Origin: a bacterium
Lineage (GTDB): Bacteria > Patescibacteriota > Microgenomatia > UBA1400 > UBA12108
Assembly: GCA_021788365.1 (NCBI GenBank)
Contig: JAJYKS010000004.1
Location: 28,284-92,283, forward strand
Direction: 5' to 3'
Length of the DNA stretch: 64,000 nucleotides
In this document: positions 57,814-64,000 of the stretch, in pieces
How the letters are laid out: each line of letters opens with the position of its first letter
Position numbering within the stretch: the stretch's first letter is position 1
The notes under the pieces: model-generated
The model's input: only the letters and a program-made list of their open reading frames with translations
Told to the model about the DNA's origin: nothing
Databases searched by the model: none
Translations under genes and position numbers: made by a program

Positions 57814-60800
57814 ATGACTAAGAAGAGTCGTTTGTATTGGGGGAATGACACCAAGGTTCTTCCCAAGTTAGATCTTACTTATGTTCAGCGGCAGTCCTAC
57901 GAAGAATTTTTAAAGAAAGACATTCAAGAATATCTCCGCGAAGTCTCACCTATTGAAGACTTTACCGGCAAAACCTGGGAGCTATCTTTCGGCACCCACT
58001 ATTTTGAAGAACCCAAAGTTACTCCCGATGTAGCCATAACCAAAGGCGTCAGCTATGACATGCCCCTCCGCGTCCACGTCAAACTCGTGAATAAAGTCAC
58101 GGGTGAGGAGGTGGAACAGGATGTCTTTTTAGGCGACATTCCCAAGATGACCGAGCGTGGTACATTTGTAATCAGCGGCATCGAGCGTGCCGTCGTCAAC
58201 CAACTCGTCCGCGCCCCAGGCGTTTTCTTTGCCGGCTCCGTCGAGCCCACAACCGGCCGCCTCCTCCATACCGCCGAGCTCCGTCCCATGCGAGGGTCTT
58301 GGCTCGAGCTCTCCGTCGGCAAAAACGACGTCCTAACCGGTAAAATCGACCGCCATCGCAAATTTTATGTGACCACACTCCTCCGTGCCCTTGGCATAGA
58401 AGACGAAGAAGAGATTAAATCTCTTTTCAAAGACGTGGACACCGACGATCATCATCAGTACATTTTTGCTACCCTCGCCAAAGATCCCAACCACACACAA
58501 GAGGAAGCGCTTCTAGATCTTTATGACAAGATTCGCCCTGGTGAACCCGCCGTTTTAGAAAACGCCAAGAATCTATTCTTCCAAAGTTTCTTTGACCCTC
58601 GTCGCTATGATCTTGCCAAAGTCGGCCGCTACAAGCTCAATAAAAAGCTCGGCCTCGAGATCGAGAACAAGCCCGAGAATCAGGTTCTCCAAAAAGCCGA
58701 TCTTATCGCCATTGTAAAATACCTAATTGGCCTTCAGAACGGCGTTGGCGCCGTCGATGACATCGACCATCTTGGCAACCGCCGCGTGCGCCGCGTCGGT
58801 GAACTCTTAGGTGCGACCGCTTTCCGTATTGGTCTGCTTCGCCTTGAGCGCTCGATCAAAGAAAAGATGTCCTTGGTCAAACCTGACGAATCGATTACTC
58901 CCGTGCAACTAATAAACGCTCGTCCCGTGATTGCGACAATTAGCGAATTCTTCCGCCGCAACCGCCTCTCCACCATACTCGATCAGACAAACCCCCTGGC
59001 CGAAATCGATAACCTACGCCGTTTGTCTGTTATGGGCTCCGGTGGCGTCACCCGTGAGCGTGCAAGCTTCAGTATGCGCGACATTAATGCCAGTCAGTAT
59101 GGCCGCATTTGTCCAGTCCGCTCTCCGGAAGGACCGAACATTGGTCTCGTCACCTATCTTTCCCTCTATACTCGCATAAACGAGTATGGATTTCTCGAGA
59201 GTCCATATCGCAAAGTTGAGACAGTCAAGAAGGGCGGCAAAACAGTCATGAAAGTAGGGGACGAAGTTGTCTATCTCCCGCCCGACGACGAGCAAGCGTA
59301 TTACATTACCCACGCAGGCGTCAAAGTTGAGGAAAATGGCGAGATAAAAGAACCCTGGGTTCCGGTCCGTTACCACGGTAACTTTATGGAAGTTCCCGTT
59401 GAAAACGTACAGTTTATAGACGTCGTCCCCCGCCAAGTGGTCGGTACATCAGCGAGTCTTATTCCTTTTATCGCCCACGACGAAGCCAACCGTGCGCTGA
59501 TGGGTACCCACATGCAATGTCAAGCAGTACCCTTGATCCGCCCAGAGGCCCCGATTGTCGGTACCGGCATGGAAGCGGCAGTTGCCGAATCCATGAACTG
59601 GGTCGTAAAAGCGCGGCACGCAGGGGTAGTCGTCTATGCCGATGCTACGCGTGTCGAGATCGAGCTTGCCAAAGATGAGGTGGCAAAAGCCAAGGCGGAC
59701 GCCGAAGCAAATCCCTCCGAACACATAAAAATAGAAAAAGGCAAAGAAGTCTACACGCTGGTTAAGTTCTACCGAACTGCCGGCAGCACCTGCTACAACC
59801 AGAAACCTGTTGTCAAAGTTAGCGATAAAATCAAAGTCGGCGACATCGTTATAGACGGCCCTGCCTCCGAAGGTGGCGAGCTAGCCTTAGGTCGCAACCT
59901 AACGATAGCCTATGCTGCATTCATGGGTTTGGGATACGAAGACGCCATCATTGTTTCCGACCGCCTGGTAAAAGAAGATATTTTAACAAGTATTCACATC
60001 AATGAATACGAAGCAGCCGTCATGGACACCAAGCTCGGTGCCGAAGAGCTGACTCGTGACATCCCGAACGTCTCAGAACATGACCTGAGGAATCTAGGCG
60101 ACGACGGCGTCGTCGTCGTGGGTGCCGAGGTTACCGGAAATGACATCCTCGTAGGTAAGATCGCTCCCAAGGGTGAAACTGAACTGACGGCAGAAGAGCG
60201 CTTGCTCCGTGCCATCTTCGGTGAGAAAGCCCGCGAGGTTAGGGATACCAGTCTCCGCATGCCAAACGGCGAAAGTGGCACCGTCATCGAAGTTGCCGCT
60301 CTCGACCGCGAAGAAGGTGACGAGCTTGATCCTGGAGTCTTAAAAACAGTCAAGATCAAAGTAGCCCAGATCCGCAAAGTGACAGTCGGCGACAAACTGG
60401 CCGGCCGACACGGCAACAAAGGTGTCATCTCTCGCATTATTCCTATTGCCGACATGCCCTACCTCGAAGATGGTACGCCGGTCGACATTATTATCTCGCC
60501 ACTCTCAGTCCTAGCTCGTATGAATCTTGGTCAACTCCTTGAGGCGCACCTCGGCTTAGCAGCCAAGAAATTGGGCTATAAAGTTGCGCTCCCAGTATTC
60601 GAGCCTTTGGAAGAGAAGGTAATTGCAGCAGAGCTCGAGAAAGCTGGCCTGCCAGTCGACGGCAAAGCGAATCTCTACGACGGCCGCACAGGTCAACCCT
60701 TTGACAAGAAGACGACGGTTGGTATCGGATACATTCTGAAACTAATCCACATGGTCGAGGACAAGACACACGCTCGCTCGACCGGTCCCTACTCCTTGGT

Positions 60801-61269
60801 CACCCAGCAGCCCTTGGGAGGCAAGGCACAAATGGGCGGACAGCGCTTGGGCGAAATGGAAGTCTGGGCTCTAGAGTCGCACCGCGCTGCGCACGTTCTA
60901 CAAGAGATGCTGACAATTAAATCAGACGATCTCGTTGGTCGCGCGAAAGCCTTTGAGGCAATTGTGAAAGGTACTCCTATCCCTGAGTCGACGGTACCGG
61001 AATCATTCAAGGTTCTCCTGAAAGAATTAAACTCGCTCGGCCTCGATGTCATTCCGATCGAACCAAACGAAGTTCTCGAGGCTGATGAAGCCGATGAGCT
61101 CGAAAAGGAGAAAGAGCAGGGAGTATCGGGAGATGATGCTGGCGCTTCGGACGACACAACCACCGTCGCGGACGACGCAGACGATACGAAAAGTACAAGT
61201 GATGATAAAGACTTAGACGAGCTCGAAGGGCCGTCGGAAGAAGAATTAAAAGAGGAAGAAACACTATGA
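57814..61269 (+). CDS. rpoB: RNA polymerase beta subunit
   Basis: [45 protein letters not shown]. Confidence 0.98.
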   Translation: MTKKSRLYWGNDTKVLPKLDLTYVQRQSYEEFLKKDIQEYLREVSPIEDFTGKTWELSFGTHYFEEPKVTPDVAITKGVSYDMPLRVHVKLVNKVTGEEVEQDVFLGDIPKMTERGTFVISGIERAVVNQLVRAPGVFFAGSVEPTTGRLLHTAELRPMRGSWLELSVGKNDVLTGKIDRHRKFYVTTLLRALGIEDEEEIKSLFKDVDTDDHHQYIFATLAKDPNHTQEEALLDLYDKIRPGEPAVLENAKNLFFQSFFDPRRYDLAKVGRYKLNKKLGLEIENKPENQVLQKADLIAIVKYLIGLQNGVGAVDDIDHLGNRRVRRVGELLGATAFRIGLLRLERSIKEKMSLVKPDESITPVQLINARPVIATISEFFRRNRLSTILDQTNPLAEIDNLRRLSVMGSGGVTRERASFSMRDINASQYGRICPVRSPEGPNIGLVTYLSLYTRINEYGFLESPYRKVETVKKGGKTVMKVGDEVVYLPPDDEQAYYITHAGVKVEENGEIKEPWVPVRYHGNFMEVPVENVQFIDVVPRQVVGTSASLIPFIAHDEANRALMGTHMQCQAVPLIRPEAPIVGTGMEAAVAESMNWVVKARHAGVVVYADATRVEIELAKDEVAKAKADAEANPSEHIKIEKGKEVYTLVKFYRTAGSTCYNQKPVVKVSDKIKVGDIVIDGPASEGGELALGRNLTIAYAAFMGLGYEDAIIVSDRLVKEDILTSIHINEYEAAVMDTKLGAEELTRDIPNVSEHDLRNLGDDGVVVVGAEVTGNDILVGKIAPKGETELTAEERLLRAIFGEKAREVRDTSLRMPNGESGTVIEVAALDREEGDELDPGVLKTVKIKVAQIRKVTVGDKLAGRHGNKGVISRIIPIADMPYLEDGTPVDIIISPLSVLARMNLGQLLEAHLGLAAKKLGYKVALPVFEPLEEKVIAAELEKAGLPVDGKANLYDGRTGQPFDKKTTVGIGYILKLIHMVEDKTHARSTGPYSLVTQQPLGGKAQMGGQRLGEMEVWALESHRAAHVLQEMLTIKSDDLVGRAKAFEAIVKGTPIPESTVPESFKVLLKELNSLGLDVIPIEPNEVLEADEADELEKEKEQGVSGDDAGASDDTTTVADDADDTKSTSDDKDLDELEGPSEEELKEEETL

Positions 61270-64000
61270 TGAAAAATATTCTCGACTTTAAAGGTCTCAA
61301 GATCCAACTCGCCTCTCCCGACACGGTTCGCTCCTGGTCGTTTGGTGAAGTCACAAAACCAGAAACCATTAACTATCGTACCTTAAAGCCCGAAAAAGAT
61401 GGCTTGTTCTGCGAGCGCATCTTCGGACCAACCAAGGACTACGAGTGTTACTGCGGCAAATACAAACGCATCCGTTACCGTGGTATTGTCTGTGACAAAT
61501 GTGGTGTCGAAGTTACCCAGAGCCGCGTGCGCCGCGAGCGCATGGGTCACATCACCCTAGCCGCTCCAGTCGCGCATATCTGGTATTTCAAGGGCGCGCC
61601 GAGCAAATTGTCCCTCATCATGAACATTGCACCAAAATCGCTATCTGCTGTTGTTTATTTCTCAAAATACTTGGTCTTGTCCGTCGACAAAGACGAAAAG
61701 GCCAAGGTAATCGAGCATTTGGGTGCGTCCCACGCCGATGCAATAAGTGGCTTAGACGACAAAGCCAAAGCAGCAATGGAAGATATAAAGAAATCGCTCG
61801 AAAAAGGTGAAAGCGAAACAGCAAAAAACGCCGCCAAACGCCAGATAGAGAAGGTCCGCGAGGAACTGGTAGCCGACAAAGATTCTTTAGATGAGATCTA
61901 CAAAACCGTGACCGGCATGGTCAAACGCATCGTTCCCGGTACCATTATTTCCGAAGACGAATATCTAAAACTTGAAGAATATGAAAGCGTCTCTCACCTC
62001 AAAGTCGGCATGGGTGCCGAGGCCATACTCGAATATCTCGAGGGACTGGACATCCAAAAGCTCTCCAAAGACTTGAAAGAAGAGATGAAGGCAGAGAGTG
62101 CCGGCGTTCGCCGCAGCAAGCTCGCCAAACGCTTAAAGGTCGTAGATGGTCTCAAAAATGCCGGCCTTGCTCCCTCATGGATGGTCTTAAAAGTGCTACC
62201 CGTCTTGCCACCAGAACTTCGTCCCATGGTGCAACTCTCCGGTGGCCGCTTCGCCTCGTCTGACCTAAACGACCTCTACCGCCGCGTCATAAACCGTAAC
62301 AACCGCTTAAAACACCTCATAGATCTTGGCGCTCCCGAGATTATTCTTCGTAACGAAAAACGGATGCTGCAAGAGGCGGTCGACAGTTTGATAGACGCTT
62401 CTCAAGCGAAGACTTCCCGCCGCCGTGTGGTGAAACCGTTGCGATCCCTTTCCGACATGCTCTCCGGTAAGCAAGGTCGTTTCCGTCAGAACTTGCTCGG
62501 TAAACGCGTCGACTACTCTGGCCGCTCGGTCATTGTCGTCGGTCCTGAGCTCTCCCTCGACCAGTGTGGTCTCCCCAAAGACATGGCGCTTGAGATGTTC
62601 AAGCCGTACGTGTTGCACGAACTTATAGAGGCCGGTATTGCCCCCAACGTCAAGAGCGCAAAACACGCCATAGAGCGCAAAGACCCGATGGTTTTTGACA
62701 TCTTGGAGCGTATTACCAAAGATCACCCAGTTTTGCTAAACCGCGCACCAACGCTGCACAAGCTGGGTATTCAGGCATTTTATCCAGTATTGATAGAAGG
62801 TAACGCCATTCAACTGCACCCCTGTGTCTGTGCTGGTTACAACGCCGACTTCGATGGTGACCAAATGGCAGTGCACGTCCCACTCTCTACAACGGCGGTT
62901 GACGAGGCCAGATCGCTTATGCTTGCGGAAAATAATCTCCTAAAGCCAGCCAACGGCAGTCCCATCACCGTGCCAAACAAAGAGATGGCCCTTGGTTGCT
63001 ACTACCTGACAAGCTTCGACCCCGACGCTCCCTTCGTCGAAACAATTTTTAGTGACAAAGCCGAGGCTTATGCCGCTCACGAAGCAGGTCGGGTGAGTCT
63101 TCGACAGCCCGTTAAGGTACGCGTGGATGGGAAGATTGTAGAATCATCCGTCGGCCGCCTCATCTTCAATGATGCGCTACCTGCAGATTTTGGCTTCATG
63201 AACGAAAGTATTAATGCCAAAAAGATCACCGACATCATTAAGGAGGCAATCCGCCTCTTCGACAATCATAGCGTTGCTGCGCTGGTAGACAAGATCAAAT
63301 CTATTGGCTTCAACTACCTAACTGGCTCGGGGCTTTCCGTGGCGGTCTCCGACAACATCATGATCCCTGAAAAAGCGGCCATGATCAAAGAGGCCGACGA
63401 ACAGGTCAACAAGATCCTAGAAGCCTACAACCAAGGTCTCTTGACCGAGGAAGAAAAGCGCCGCAACTCATTTGAGGTATGGATGGAGACGACCGAAAAA
63501 ATCGCCAACGCCACTTGGGACAAATTCGACGAGCGAAACGCGGTCAAAATAATCATAGACTCAGGTGGTACTCGTGCCTCCCGCGACCAGGTAAAGCAGC
63601 TCTCTGCTATGCGTGGCTTGGTGGTCGACCCCCTAGGCAAGATCGTGGAAATGCCGACCAAAAGTAACTTCCGCGAAGGTCTCTCGATCTTCGAATACGT
63701 GACCTCGTCTCGCGGCTCTCGCAAGGGTTTGACCGACTCGGCACTGAAAACCGCCGACGCCGGTTATCTCACACGCCGCTTGGTCGACGTCTCACATACC
63801 TCGATTATCCGCGAGGACAATTGTGGCACCGAGGAATTCTTGACAATCGAAGCTGGTGGCAAGCGCGGCAAACAATTTGAGAAGCGCGTTTTGGGAAGAG
63901 TGTTGGCGCATACTGTCAAAGACCCAGTTTCCAAAGAGGTGATCGCCAAGAAGGGTGAGATCATAGATGATCGTCTCGCCGCTCGCATGTATGAAGCTGG
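61266..64000 (+). CDS. rpoC: RNA polymerase beta' subunit (3' end outside window)
   Basis: ATGA overlap with rpoB; [42 protein letters not shown]; absent from ORF track because it runs off the edge. Confidence 0.98.
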   Translation, partial: MMKNILDFKGLKIQLASPDTVRSWSFGEVTKPETINYRTLKPEKDGLFCERIFGPTKDYECYCGKYKRIRYRGIVCDKCGVEVTQSRVRRERMGHITLAAPVAHIWYFKGAPSKLSLIMNIAPKSLSAVVYFSKYLVLSVDKDEKAKVIEHLGASHADAISGLDDKAKAAMEDIKKSLEKGESETAKNAAKRQIEKVREELVADKDSLDEIYKTVTGMVKRIVPGTIISEDEYLKLEEYESVSHLKVGMGAEAILEYLEGLDIQKLSKDLKEEMKAESAGVRRSKLAKRLKVVDGLKNAGLAPSWMVLKVLPVLPPELRPMVQLSGGRFASSDLNDLYRRVINRNNRLKHLIDLGAPEIILRNEKRMLQEAVDSLIDASQAKTSRRRVVKPLRSLSDMLSGKQGRFRQNLLGKRVDYSGRSVIVVGPELSLDQCGLPKDMALEMFKPYVLHELIEAGIAPNVKSAKHAIERKDPMVFDILERITKDHPVLLNRAPTLHKLGIQAFYPVLIEGNAIQLHPCVCAGYNADFDGDQMAVHVPLSTTAVDEARSLMLAENNLLKPANGSPITVPNKEMALGCYYLTSFDPDAPFVETIFSDKAEAYAAHEAGRVSLRQPVKVRVDGKIVESSVGRLIFNDALPADFGFMNESINAKKITDIIKEAIRLFDNHSVAALVDKIKSIGFNYLTGSGLSVAVSDNIMIPEKAAMIKEADEQVNKILEAYNQGLLTEEEKRRNSFEVWMETTEKIANATWDKFDERNAVKIIIDSGGTRASRDQVKQLSAMRGLVVDPLGKIVEMPTKSNFREGLSIFEYVTSSRGSRKGLTDSALKTADAGYLTRRLVDVSHTSIIREDNCGTEEFLTIEAGGKRGKQFEKRVLGRVLAHTVKDPVSKEVIAKKGEIIDDRLAARMYEA

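Noticed and set aside
61075-61266. Acidic RpoB C-terminal tail
   Set aside because: Acidic tails are common in RpoB of several lineages
1-64000. CRISPR array, tRNA, rRNA, transposase
   Set aside because: Repeats are dispersed, not regularly spaced; no cloverleaf/T-loop, rRNA or transposase motifs were recognised by eye
1-64000. Alternative genetic code (TGA=Gly)
   Set aside because: TGA ends well-defined genes (ung, rnj, rpoB) and long ORFs are open in code 11

Overview
Housekeeping-rich chromosomal segment of a small-genome bacterium. Reduced IF2, AlaRS and Lon, pilNO, many Pro/Thr-rich membrane proteins and TGA used as stop suggest Patescibacteria/CPR, Microgenomates-like; this is an inference. 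Core genes include pcrA, tpiA, murJ, lepA, hrcA-grpE-dnaK and dnaJ (each unit with a CIRCE), nusA, infB, rpsO, pnp, ung, rnj, ftsK, alaS, ruvX, mltG, rpoB and a partial rpoC. No rRNA, tRNA, CRISPR or transposase was recognised. Most notable: (1) about seven families of miniature palindromic or periodic DNA elements, many sitting in-frame inside housekeeping proteins; (2) a 9.3-kb accessory island splitting dnaK from dnaJ, with a HEPN/AbiU2-like gene and a 1455-aa divergent GHKL-like plus transglutaminase-like protein; (3) a monoderm-style surface toolkit (FemX, LCP, GT-C/PMT fusion, sortase, LPxTG-like substrates next to pilNO); (4) pervasive leaderless-type promoters; (5) an FtsA/PilM-like plus baseplate-J-like membrane protein and an ECF-sigma secreted-protein cluster. 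All domain calls are by motif recognition, not database search.
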